Source of the DNA: Octopus sinensis
Taxonomy: Eukaryota
NCBI RefSeq assembly: GCF_006345805.1
Contig: NC_042999.1
Location: 50,902,001 to 50,966,000 of the forward strand
Direction: 5' to 3'
DNA: 64,000 nucleotides
In this document: positions 23,568 through 35,410 of the stretch, piece by piece
Layout of the letters: every line of letters starts with the position of its first letter
Position numbering within the stretch: position 1 is the stretch's first letter
Translations under genes and position numbers: made by a program
Notes under the pieces: generated by a model
What the model was told of the DNA's origin: nothing
The model's input: the letters and a program-made list of their open reading frames with translations, nothing else
The model's database searches: none

Positions 23568-23795
23568 GGTGGTGAGCTGGCAGAATCATTAGCCTGCTGG
23601 GCAAGATGCTTAGCAGAATTTCATCCATCTTTACATCTTCCTGATTTCAAATTCTACCGAGGTTGTGTTTGCCTTTCATCTTTTCGGGGTCAATAAAATA
23701 AACACCAGTTGAGGACTGGGGTCAGTGTAATTGACTTACACCTTTCCCCCAATCTTGCTGACCGTGTGCCAAAATTTGAAGCCAGTATTATATTA
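23568..23795 (+). mobile_element. Family B (Meta-domain-like) SINE
   Basis: GGTGGTGAGCTGGCAGAATCATTAGC head; TTTGCCTTTCATCTTTTCGGGGTCAATAAAATAA resembles the MetaSINE core. Confidence 0.85.
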
Positions 23796-24914
23796 GCATC
23801 ACCCATAAACACTACATCTTGTAATTCAACAGTTTTGACATTTTCAACATGTAGCGAGTAGTGAAATAAAAACACATGTATTCAATGCTCTAATGACTGT
23901 GCCAATTAATGACTGTGTCAAAATTAATTGAATACAGTGTATTTCATTAAAACATACAATCAAAATGAATTGAAACAATATATTATTTATTAGAAAAATG
24001 GTAAAAATTAACTAAAACGGTGTATTTCATTTGAAAAAATGTCATCAAAGGGTTAAATATGTCTTCATTTAGTCTCATAATAAATGTTATTGCTAAATGT
24101 TTTAAATGATGCCTTTACAAAATAATTGCCATTCAGTAACTCAAAAATCTTTAAATATCAAATAACTCACGGTGAGTCTTTAAGTTTATCAAGAAGAAGA
24201 ATAAAATACAAGTTAGACAATTATTACTTGCATTCTATCATTGCACTAATACAGCAGGAATCTATGGCAATAAATGGCTGCTGTACATATAATTCTCAAA
24301 CAGACATTAACATTAATGGTTTTTCTTTTTTTTTTCTTTTTGTTTTGTTTTAAGCTTGTTTTTTGGGGGTTTTTTTCGATACTATGACAACAGGAATGAA
24401 ATTATTTTAATGGTTAAAATATATATGTTTTACCAGTTTCCTTATCGGAATTTGTAAAAGTACTTTGGCTTTCGTTTTTTGATGTTTTTCTTGCTGTTTA
24501 GCATTTTTCAGTGGTCATGAGACGGGAAGGATCCAAACTAGTATAGCAGAACTGGCTCAGCTAATTAAGATGTTTACCTGATTTATTGCAGATGATATAC
24601 CTTTACATTCACCATGCCTTAGCTACCTCAGCATGATAATATAATCATAGCTGGCAAAAATGATAGACTGATAATAGCATACAAGCAAAGAATGGTGATA
24701 TTTGACACCTGGATCTCCTTTTCCTTCATAGCTGAATTTCTATTTTGTCACAGCTACATTGATAAACTCTTATTTTCCTATCTCACCTAGTTATTAGCAG
24801 CTTGACTGACAGGTTTGTTTAGATTATCCTATTGAGATATAATAGACTAAAACATGTCCATGGTTTTCCCTTGCATGCAAAAAGTAAAATCACACTTCCA
24901 TTTCTCTATGCATG

Positions 24915-25310
24915 TACTCTTTTACTTGTTTCAGTCATTTCGCTGCAGCCATGCTAGAGCACCACCTTTAGTCCAGCAAATTGACCCCAGGACTTATTCT
25001 TTGTAAGCCTAGTACTTATTCTATCGGTCTCTTTTGCCGAACTGCTAAGTTATGGGGATGTAAACACACCAGCATTGGTTATCAAGCGATGCTGGGGGTA
25101 CAAACACAGACACACAAACATATACACACACATACATATATATGCATATATACGATGGGCTTCTTTCAGTTTCCATCTACCAAATCCACTCACAAGGCTT
25201 TGGTCGACCCAAGGCTATAGTAGAAGACACTTGCCCAAGGTGCCACACAGTGGGACTGAACTCGGAACTATGTGGTTGGTAAGAAAGCTACTTACCACAC
25301 AGCTAGTCCT
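24915..25310 (-). mobile_element. Family A SINE, full length (followed by further degenerate A copies to ~25830)
   Basis: Reverse complement of head, core and tail. Confidence 0.85.
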
Positions 25311-27242
25311 TGAAGGGTTTTAGTAGGACAAATCAACCCTAGTACTAATTTTGTTTTTGTTTTTTGGGTCCTTTTGCTAAACTGCTAAGTTACAGGGATG
25401 TAAATACACCAACATTGTGTGTCAAGTAATGGTGGGAGAGAAACACAGACTCAAAGATATATACACACACACACACATTTATGTATATATATAATGGGCT
25501 TCTTTCAGTTTCTGCCTACTAAATCCATCAAGACTTTAGTCAGCCTAAGCCATGCAGCAGGACTGAGCTTGGAACCATGTGCTTGGGAAGCAAACATCTT
25601 ATGATACAGCCATACCCATGCCCTGTATATTGATATTTGTACATGTCTGTATTTGTCTCTCATTGCTTGACAGCCAATGTTGGTTTATTTACCTCCCCAT
25701 AACTTAGCAGCTCAGCAAAAAGAGACTAAGAGCATAAATGCCATACTTAGAATAAGTACTAAAAACTATTTCACTGACTAAACACTTCAAAGTAGTGCTC
25801 CAGCATGGCTCAGTCCAATCACTGAAGTTAGTAAAAGAATAAAAATAAAAAGCAGAAAATGAATACAAAATTTTTAAATATGAATAGTTCACAATGGGGA
25901 ATTTTGTATCTCAGAATTAGGGATGGTCTCAGGTAGTTTAAAATCAAAAGTGTTTTTAAAAAATTTATAATTCTTTATCCCATGTGCTTATGTATCAGAA
26001 ATAGTAATATTTAACTGGTTGGCTTTATATGGACTTTCTCTGCATGAGGAAAGGAAGTTGTAATATTGCTATCATTCCCAAAGGTTTTATTTAGCAATAT
26101 AAAAGAAATAGTTACTAGAAGGATTTTTAAAGAGAGAATGGAAAAAATAAAATGTAAAAGTTTATGAAGGGAGATACAAAGGGGAGAGAACCGCTTTCAT
26201 CTAAGGATATTGATGAAACAAAACCATTATCTCTCCTTTCATTTGTGAGCAAGATTTTGTCTAATACTAACTCTTTAAAATATATAAATCTATAACAAAT
26301 AGGTACATTTCTAACATACAGTGTATGGTTTAGGCAGAGGTGGGAAAGGAGAAGGAAGATGATTAAGGGAAAAAAATAGTGACAAAAACTGAAATAATAA
26401 GCATACATAAAGTAAAGCAAATTTTCTCAATTTTTATTGTAAATATTTTCTAAGATGTTACTTGTTATGCCTGGAATGGCCATGTGTTAATGCAACTAAC
26501 TTGTATTGTAGTTATTCATGAAGTAATCTTTCACAACTACGGCATACTCGTACCTCATTGACCCTACAAAATCTAATAATGTGTCAAAGAGTACTTGAAC
26601 ACGACTTTCATATTTATTCTGAAGCAAGAATAACAATGATATTTGCATTTATTTATTGTTTGTTGATTATTTCTTGCTTGTTATTCTTCAAATGCAGATA
26701 TAAATTCAAAATAAGTTGTTGTTTTATATTTGTTAGTATTATTATTTTAATTTTTTTTTAATTTTGTTTTTTTTTTGTTTTTTTAAGGGAAGGGAAGAAA
26801 ATGTACAATACAGTAGTAAACAGGAGAAAGAAAAATGAACAGAAAGAGCGACTGAAGTGGAAGAGAAATAAAGGTAAGGATATAGCATAAAAGATAACTT
26901 CAGATTTATTACAGATAAAAATAGAGGGGAAGAAAAAAGAAAGATCAATTTATTGAAAGAGAAGTGTGAAAATGTAAAGAAAAATCAAAGAATAAAGAAA
27001 TGGAATGAAAATAATAGGAATGATAAAATTAAAAAAAAAAAAGAAGTTTTTTTTTAAAACAAAGAAGACAACTGCCACTACAAACTATCATTTGAGCCAC
27101 CGCAATCAGAAAGTGGAGAGAGATTGAAAACATGAACCACTCACTAGTATTATGGATTATGTATAGAGAGAGATAAAATCCTCAAGGGATCGCTGAGAAA
27201 GGAAAATAGAAAATATCTTAGTTATACAATCAATACCACTTG

Positions 27243-27340
27243 AAAGATCTCAACCACCACTACCATCAATACTACTACTACTACCACCACAACCACTACT
27301 ACCATTACCCCACTACCACAACCACCACTACCACTGCCAA
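27243..27340. repeat. (CCA/CTA)n trinucleotide tract
   Basis: Direct reading. Confidence 0.9.
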
Positions 27341-28562
27341 CTACATTAACAGTGAAGTCTTTACTAAACACCTCCTTGTATCAGGCAATCTCCTTTTTGC
27401 CTTATTACAATATAGCCAGGCCTCCTTCAAGCAAGAATACATGCTTAAGCTAAGATTAACTTCAGTTTTCTTTTGTGAATGTAATCCCTATTGGAAATAG
27501 AATTTTTCCAAAACAAACAAGTTGAATTCTGAGAAAAGAATTATGTAAAGGATAGAAAAAAGTTGCAAAAAAATTATAAAAAGAATAATAATAATGATAA
27601 TAAATAAAACAGAGAAGAAAAAGAGCAGAACAATTCGTAAGCAATGAAATAGTTTCTCTAATGTTATTATTTTTATTTTATATCAAACAAAATAGAAGAA
27701 AGAAGTAGATTTTTTTAATAGCATGCTCTGTAGAATAGGAGCATATTTTTAAATGATAAGTGAATATTTATTGTTAATTTATAAAGGTTAGTGGAAATAA
27801 CTGAAATGAATTAATTATGCATATTTGTGAAAATCTTTTTAGAATCAAGACTTTAGTTCTTGGTTATTCGATTTGAGAATAGGCAACGTAAACTAACCAA
27901 TGAAAATAAAAGTAAAAGAAATTAAGAAAAATATTAAAATGTCAAAGTAATAAAAATTGAATTAGAATTTTTTTTTTTTTTTGAATATTCAGAATATTGT
28001 CTAGCTGAATATTTTAGAAGAGAAGACTTTTCTCAGTAGAATGTGAGAATGTTTGAAAATAATATTCTTCTTCTCTCTTATCTCAATAAGAAGAGGTGAA
28101 GTGTGTCACTGACAGAGCTGAAAAATGCTGAGATTTTTTTGTTATCATCATCATAATCATCTTTTAATCTATCGTCATTTCTTTCATGTTTAAATGGATC
28201 AGACAGATCAACAAAGTCATGCAGTGTGTTGTGTCATTGAGGAAGGCATTTTATTTCATGTTGCTCCAGTCCACTCACTTGGCAAAAATGAGTAGTACCT
28301 GTAATTCAAAGGACCGGCCTTCTCACATGCTGTATCACTCTGGATTTCCCTGAGAACTTATGTTATGGGTACACAGATCTATTGAGTGCTCTGTCACTTG
28401 CACGTTAATTTCCAGATCAACTGCAACTCTTATCATTGCAATTGACAAAGTGCCAGTTTATATCATCATCATCATCATCATTTAACATCTGCTTTCCATG
28501 TGTGTGAGTGTGCGTGCATGCGTGCGTGCATGCGTGCGTGCATGCGTGCGTGCCTGCGTGTG

Positions 28563-28710
28563 TCTGGGTTCTTATTCCTAAGGTATTTTTCAAAATTTCC
28601 CCAAGACACTTGATGAAGGCTGGAGGGGTTATCAGCCGAAACGTGTTAGCAACAAACAAGATGAGGATAAATATCCGTCAAATGTAAATAGTGTAAATAA
28701 TGTAAAATAA
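28563..28710 (+). mobile_element. One arm plus spacer of the 1923-2168 Penelope-like element, with hammerhead motif
   Basis: TCTGGGTTCTTATTCCTAAGGTATTTTTCAAAATTTCCCCAAGACAC-TTGATGA-AGGCTG...CAGCC-GAAACGT...GATGAGGATAAATATCCGTCAAATG. Confidence 0.85.
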
Positions 28711-28817
28711 TATCCTTTTTATCAAAATCTTAGTATGGTTACAACTGTCTGATGAATGGTAACATGAAACTTATAGTAACAGATTGTGAAAATTTTTTTA
28801 GGCTTTAATGAAAGTAT

Positions 28818-28893
<76 letters not shown>

Positions 28894-28979
28894 TTATACA
28901 TTCAAAATGTGACCGCGTGTGTACTGTTGGCGATTTTTTTTCCTCTGTCTTCCCTTCTCTGGATCTTTCCTTCTCCTAT

Positions 28980-29014
28980 GTTTCCGACGAAGAGCTCCAC
29001 TCGAAACGTTAAAC
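28980..29014 (+). ncRNA. Minimal hammerhead motif (second family) inside a repeat spanning ~28905-29115
   Basis: GUUU-CCGACGA-A-GAG(CUCCA)CUC-GAA-ACGU-U-AAAC. Stems I and II pair; the ACGU palindrome is intact. Confidence 0.55.
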
Positions 29015-29118
29015 CCTCCTTCTTTCCTTCTTTCCTGAGCATCCAATAATACTATATTTGTTCCACGTCCTCGCGTTGTTGTGTTTTTTTGTGCTTTCAT
29101 GTTTGGATTAACTGTATA

Positions 29119-29149
<31 letters not shown>

Positions 29150-29150
<1 letters not shown>

Positions 29151-29395
29151 CCAGGCTTTAAATAAAAAGTAAGTGCTGAGTTCACCTGTGCTAGTGCCAC
29201 ATAAAAAGCACTGAGTCCACATTGCAGGGTGGTTGGTGTTAGGAAGGGAATCCAACCACAAAAACCCTGCCAAAACAGACACAGTAGCCTCGGGTAGTCT
29301 TCTACCTGGCTGGCTCCTGTCAACTGTCCTACCCATGCATGCATGGAAGATGGATGTTAAACAATGATGGCAATGATGATGATGAGGAGGATGAT
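29150..29395 (+). mobile_element. RTE-type 3' end
   Basis: GTGCCACATAAAAAGCAC...GTTAGGAAGGGAATCC...CATGGAAGATGGATGTTAAAC(GAT)n. Confidence 0.75.
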
Positions 29396-29699
29396 ATATA
29401 TTCAAGTATATATCCAAGTAAATTAAAAGCAAGCAGTGTAGTATGTTTTATTTGAAAGCACATTGTAGCTCATGAAAATTCGGTCAGCTGTTATTTATTT
29501 CTATAGTAACCTTGATCCGGCTGACCAATGATAGAAAATATTGCAGCCTATTTTTTCTTTATAATTGGTAGGATGTCATTTGAGCAAGATGTGTCTGTTA
29601 TTTTAAATAGGTCAAGTGATGGCAAAGAAACTACCTTGTTAAAACTGTTCTATATTTTTGAGTTGAGGAATTATTTACATTATTTACATTATTTACATC

Positions 29700-29900
29700 C
29701 ATGAGTGTAGTGGGTGCTTTTTACGTGCCACCCACACAGGTGCCAGATGGGGCTGGCAAACGGCCACAGACGGATGGTGCTTTTTACGTGCCACCGGCAC
29801 GGGGGCCAGGCGGGGCTGGCAATGGCCACGATCGGATGGTGCTTTTTATGTGCCACCGGCACGGGGGCCAGGCGAGGCTGGCAACGGCCACGAACGGATG
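29700..29900 (-). mobile_element. RTE-type 3' UTR hairpin-repeat block (three ~57-nt units)
   Basis: GGTGCTTTTTACGTGCCACC repeated three times with CCAGG...CTGGC. Confidence 0.85.
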
Positions 29901-29904
29901 TTTA

Positions 29905-30100
29905 TGTGTCTTTGTTTGTCCTCCAACATTGCTTGAGAACCGATGCTGGTGTGTTTGCATCCCCATAACTTAGCGGTTCAGCAAAAGAGACCGATAGAAT
30001 AAGTACTAGGCTTACAAAGAATAAGTCCTGGGGTCGATTTGCTCGACTAAAGGCGGTGCTCCAGCATGGCCGCAGTCAAATGACTGAAACAAGTAAAAGA
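29905..30100 (+). mobile_element. Family A SINE 3' half
   Basis: ACCGATGCTGGTG...GACTGAAACAAGTAAAAGAG. Confidence 0.9.
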
Positions 30101-32214
30101 GCAATACTCCATGTTATTTACTTCATTTCAGTTAGCTACAGAGAAGAGGAAGATTACAAGCAATAAATGTCATGAAATTGCCATCTTAAGACTGTAAAAA
30201 TTAAATCCAAACAGTCTATGTGAACTCCAGCAGATTGTGAAAAGATTAACTTGAATACAAACTGCTGTTATATCTACTGTGTGATTTGAGCTAGCTTAAT
30301 ACTATGTGTAGCATAACTAGATTTAGCTAATTGATGCTGACTTTCAAATAAAGACAATAATTGTGGAGATGATGCTGGGGAAAAATGCTAATAATTGATG
30401 GAGTTAATCTGTTTGTTTCTATATATAATATACCAATTAAGAATAATTTTTCTTTACCTTAATTATTATTCTGAAAGTATTTTAAAGTTTGTTTCTTTAT
30501 TAACTTTCAGTCAGTTGAAGTGTTTAACAATTCAGTTTCCAAGAATTGGATCAGAGTACACATAGTAACACACACATACATGCATACACTCACATACATG
30601 CAAACACACACACACAACAAATACACACACATGCACCACACAAGTATTTATTTAACTCACCAACTTTTTGCAAGAACAAGGAAATAATTCACACATTATA
30701 GAGAAAAAGAACAATTTCAAAAAGCAGGAGACAAATCAGCATGTATTATTGGTTTACATACTAGAGATATAAAGTCTCTTTAATCAAATCTGTTCAAAAA
30801 TAAAATGAAACTAAGGTATCCATGGTTTTTAGTACAAAATTCTAATTAAACATATCCTGTCTTATTTTTCAATCACTGCTTTATAATTGAAGCAAAAGAA
30901 CAAAGTCACCATGATACTTCAACAGTGAGGAGCATATCAACAATATGGGAAAATACATTTTCTTTGTGATTAATGTAATTAACATAGAAAATAATTACTT
31001 CATAATGCCCATCACTTTACAGAGTGTACTGGGTACTTTTTATGTGGCACCAGCACCAGTGGGGTTGCCAAGTAACTTACAAGACAAAGACCCTGCTGGG
31101 AGATGGAGTGGTATTGAGTGAGATGGCTTTGTGCCAGTTGAGAGGTTAAAGTATATGCTTCAATGTTATGACATAACATTAAAATACCTGTAGTAGTAGC
31201 ATCAGTAAAGAGTAACACTGGAAATTTCATAAGCTGTAAATAATAATTTCTGACATATAAACAAGGCCAGAAATTTAGGGGAAAGAGAAGATTCATGATT
31301 GGTATCTTTATTTTATTGAACCCAGAAGGATGAAATGCCAAACTAATCATGGCAGGATTTGACCTAAGAGCTAGGAAAAATATTGCAATGCATTTTTTCC
31401 AATGGTGTAATGATTCTATTAGTCCAACATCTTATATGTTCAGCAAATAATGGTTTCAAATTTTGACACAAGGCCAGCAATTTAGGGGGAGGGGTAAGTC
31501 TATTACATCAACCCCAGTGCTCAACTGATACTTACTTTATTGACCATGAAAGGATGGAAGGCAAAGTTGACTCTCATACAGGCATGCAGCCAAGATTTTT
31601 AGAGGAGAACATTGGATGTAGAAAATGACCAACGAGGAACTCTAATGTTATCTACCCCAACTGACCAATCAGATAGCAGTAAACAGTTGCAACTTGCTGA
31701 ACACTGTTTGAGACATCTAGAGTTGTAAAGTAGCAGGAAAACTCTAAAACAGCCAGCCTTAGCTGAATATGTAACTTTGGTTATAGTCATTGGATCTAAT
31801 TTTTACAATATCGAGCTTGCTGTCACTGCCAAAACAGTAATTTTAACAGAAATAGCGATCTGCCCCAATTGACAATCAGATAGCGGAAAAACAGTTGCAG
31901 TTTATTCAGCTAAAATTCTTTAAGGCAGTGCCCCAGCATGGCCACAGTCTAATGACTGAAAGAAGTAAAAGTCAAAAGACTATGTACCGTATGGTATTTC
32001 TTCCAGGACAGTAACTATTATTACTACTACGCACACACACACAAACACACACATATATACATATATATCCAACTTCAAAACCATTATAGAAATAGTAACA
32101 TTAGCTGAGAGCTTAGCTATAAACATACTAATGCTAATAAGTTAGTTTCATTAGTATTGTATTTTCCAAAATGTCATTTCCCCTTCAAACAGTTGTTCAT
32201 CAATAATATTTTAG

Positions 32215-32277
32215 AATTTGTGTAACATGTTATTTGCCAACACAAAAATTGCCATCAGAGGTCAATGCCAAAATTGG
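32215..32277 (+). CDS. Candidate 63-nt frame-preserving exon, unknown gene
   Basis: ...AATATTTTAG acceptor and TGG|GTGAGA donor. Two frames are open: NLCNMLFANTKIAIRGQCQNW or ICVTCYLPTQKLPSEVNAKI. Confidence 0.2.
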
Positions 32278-32671
32278 GTGAGAAAGAGAATTTGTTTTCG
32301 TTTATAGAATAATATTGGTTGTCTTTTTTTAAAAAACAAATAAATATTATAACTCTAACCTTATTTTCTTTTGGCAACTGGTCAGGTGTTTCGTTTATGG
32401 AGTTAATTGCCATTTACAAGGAATGGTTTAATAAGGAGAAAAAACAAGATGTTCAAAATTTATAGGAAGTGTATTTCTCACCTTCTACATAACAGATGTT
32501 ACTGAACTGAACTAACAGAAACTATTACATGATTGGTTGACCAACAAGAAATAGCAACTAAGTTCTCCTCAACCCATATCCTATGATTTGAAAAAAAAAA
32601 GGAAGCTTCATTGAATAATGTAGTCTTTCCCCTCTCTTGACTCCAACTAGCATTATCTATTTGGAGTTGAA

Positions 32672-32853
32672 GGTGGTGAGCTGGCAGAATCGCTAGCATG
32701 CAGAGGAAAATGCTTAGCAACATTTTATCCATCCTCACATCCTGAGTTCAAATTCTGCCACGGTCAACTTTGCCTTTCATCCATGCAAGATTGATTAAAT
32801 AAGTACCAGTTGAACACTGAGGTTGATGTAATCCCACAAACTTGATGGCCTTG
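32672..32853 (+). mobile_element. Family B SINE
   Basis: GGTGGTGAGCTGGCAGAATCGCTAGC ... GGTCAACTTTGCCTTTCATCC. Confidence 0.85.
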
Positions 32854-33085
32854 TCTAGGCCAGTCGGTTGGCAAATGCAGTACTTCTTAGAGGGACGGGT
32901 GGAGCGATAACAGGCCTGTGATGCGCTTAGATGTCCGGGGCCACATGCACACTACACTGGAGGTATCAGCAGGCGTGTCTCCCCCAGCCCAAGAGAGTCA
33001 GAAAACCTCTGAACCACCTCCCGTGATAGGAATTGGGGCCTGGAACCAACCTACCTGGAGTTGGGCTTTGTTTCAAGAATTCGCC
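32854..33085 (+). pseudogene. Decayed 18S rRNA gene fragment (3' region)
   Basis: CTTCTTAGAGGGAC (32883) and ATAACAGGCCTGTGATGCGCTTAGATGTCCGGGGC match the conserved eukaryotic 18S ATAACAGGTCTGTGATGCCCTTAGATGT. CTACACTG and CGTGATAGGAATTGGGG follow in the correct order. The helix between the first two blocks is partly deleted. Confidence 0.85.
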
Positions 33086-33420
33086 TTGGGCTGGCCAAAG
33101 TGCCTTGGACTGACCAAAGCCTTATGAGTGAAAGAAGCCTGCTATATGAGTGTGTGATGGGGGAGAGGTGTGTAAACATGTCATGTGTGTGTGTCTTTAC
33201 ATCTGTGTTTGTCCCCCAACCACTGTTTGACAATTAGTGTTGGTGTGTTTAGGACCCTGTAACTTAATGGTTCAGCAAAAGAGGCCAGCCAATAGAATAA
33301 GTACCAGCAAAAGAGGCCAATAGAGCAAGTACTGATGTTGATTCATTTGTCTAAAAACATTCTTCAAGATAGTGCCCCAGCATGGCCACGGACTAATAAG
33401 TGAAACAAGTAAATGATGAA
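33085..33420 (+). mobile_element. Family A SINE, head-less
   Basis: GACCAAAGCCTTATGAGTG...GTGCCCCAGCATGGCCAC...GAAACAAGTAAA. Confidence 0.75.
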
Positions 33421-34028
33421 AGACAAAAAGATAAGAGATGAAATTCAAATTTAGAAGAAAAATCTTCAGTATAACATGTTTGAAAAAACCCCCCCCAAAA
33501 AAAACAGCTCTCTATTTATATGCACACATAAGTTCAACCTCATGATTGTAAGCTCGACGCTCTAACCACTGAGCCATGCACCTTCACATATGTACATACA
33601 TAGTACAGAAGCATATGAACAATCAGCTCACTGTAATGTCCTCTATCAAAAAACTGTCATCCATGTAACCAATATAGATATTTACACACACACACACACA
33701 CACACATGTAAGAAAGCAATTGACTGTATTTTGTTATGGAGAAAATCTGTGTGTGTGCACGAATGTGTGTATGTGTGTGTGTGTGTGTCATTACACACAC
33801 ACACACTGTGGCCATGAAGGGGTATTGGATTGAGGAATATTATTTGAACGAAATTATCCCAGTAATTATTCTAAAGTTTGAAGCCTAATACTTGTTCATA
33901 CGGTCTCTTTTGCCAAACTGGAAAGTTATGGGGATATAAACACACCATCACCAGCTGTCAATCTGTAGCTAGGAAAAAGCACAAATAAAGACACACACGC
34001 ACGCACGCACACACACACACACACACAC

Positions 34029-34066
<38 letters not shown>

Positions 34067-34090
34067 TACATACATACATACATACATACT

Positions 34091-34466
34091 GGAGTGGCTG
34101 TGTGGTAAGTAGCCTGCTTACCAACCACAAGGTTCCGGGTTCAGTCCCACTGCATGACACCTTGAGCAAGTGTCTTCTACTATAGTGTCGGGCCATCCAA
34201 AGCCTTGTGAGTGGATTTGGTAGACGAAAACTGAAAGAAGCCCATTGTGTGTGTGTGTGTGTGTCAGTGTTTGTCTCCCCCAACATCTCTTGACAACCGA
34301 TGCTGGTGTGTTTATGTCCCCGTAACTTAGAGGTTCGGCAAAAAGAGGCCAATAGAATAAGTACTAGGCGTACAAAGAATAAGTCCTGGGGTCGATTTGC
34401 TTGGCTAAAAGGTGGTGCTCCAGCATGGCCACTGTCAAATGACTGAAACAAGTAAAGACTAAAAGA
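34091..34466 (+). mobile_element. Family A SINE, full length
   Basis: GGAGTGGCTGTGTGGTAAG ... GACTGAAACAAGTAAAGA. Confidence 0.9.
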
Positions 34467-35057
34467 ATACATATGAAAGGCTTCTTTCAGTTTCCCATCT
34501 ACCAAATCCACTCACAAGGTTTTGGTCAGCCCAAAGTTATAATAGAAGACACAAGGTGCCATACTGACTGAACCCAGAACCATCTGATTGGGAAGTAAAC
34601 TTCTAACCACAGAGCCTGTATATAACTTTTTAAAGTTACTGCCACAGACTTTCTATAGAATTTAAAGCCAGCGCTGGAAATTACACTGTTTCATATATGA
34701 ACACATCTTCATAAAGAATGTGAATGACGATAAAAACAATAGGTAATGCGTGTATACATATATTTCAGGAATTCTGCTCCTTCTTCAGCACAACATGCAA
34801 CCCATTAACTATCCATGAACACATTGCTTGAATAGCCACTAAATTTAGTGGTGTAACACAATTGGAAATACCAGTTTTAGATGTTAAACTCACTCCTGGC
34901 AACTTGTATGTACCATATGTGTATACACCCTTAACTTATTTTTCTCTCTTTGATCACATTGTTTGCATAGCATATTCGTGATGGAAATGTCATAACTTTA
35001 AGAGAAAGCTCTAATTTCTATTGAAAATTTGTAGAGATGATTTATGCTAACACCTCG

Positions 35058-35164
35058 CATGGCACCTTGGGCAAGTGTCTTCTACTATAGCCTCGGGCCG
35101 ACCACAGCCATGTGAGTGGATTTGGTAGATGGAAACCAAAAGAAGCCCATCGTATATATGTATG

Positions 35165-35197
<33 letters not shown>

Positions 35198-35410
35198 GTG
35201 TGTATATGTTTGTGTGTCTGTGTTTGTCACCCCAACATCGCTTGACAACTGATGCTGGTGTGTTTACGTCCCCATAACTTAGTGGTTCAGCAAAAAGAAC
35301 GATAGAATAAGTAACTAGGCTTACAAAGAATAAGTCCTGGGGACGATTTGCTCGACTAAAGGTGGTGCTTCACCATGGCCACAGTCAAATGACTGAAACA
35401 AGTAAAAGAG
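35058..35410 (+). mobile_element. Family A SINE, 5'-truncated
   Basis: Begins at GGCACCTTGGGCAAGTG; tail intact. Confidence 0.85.
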
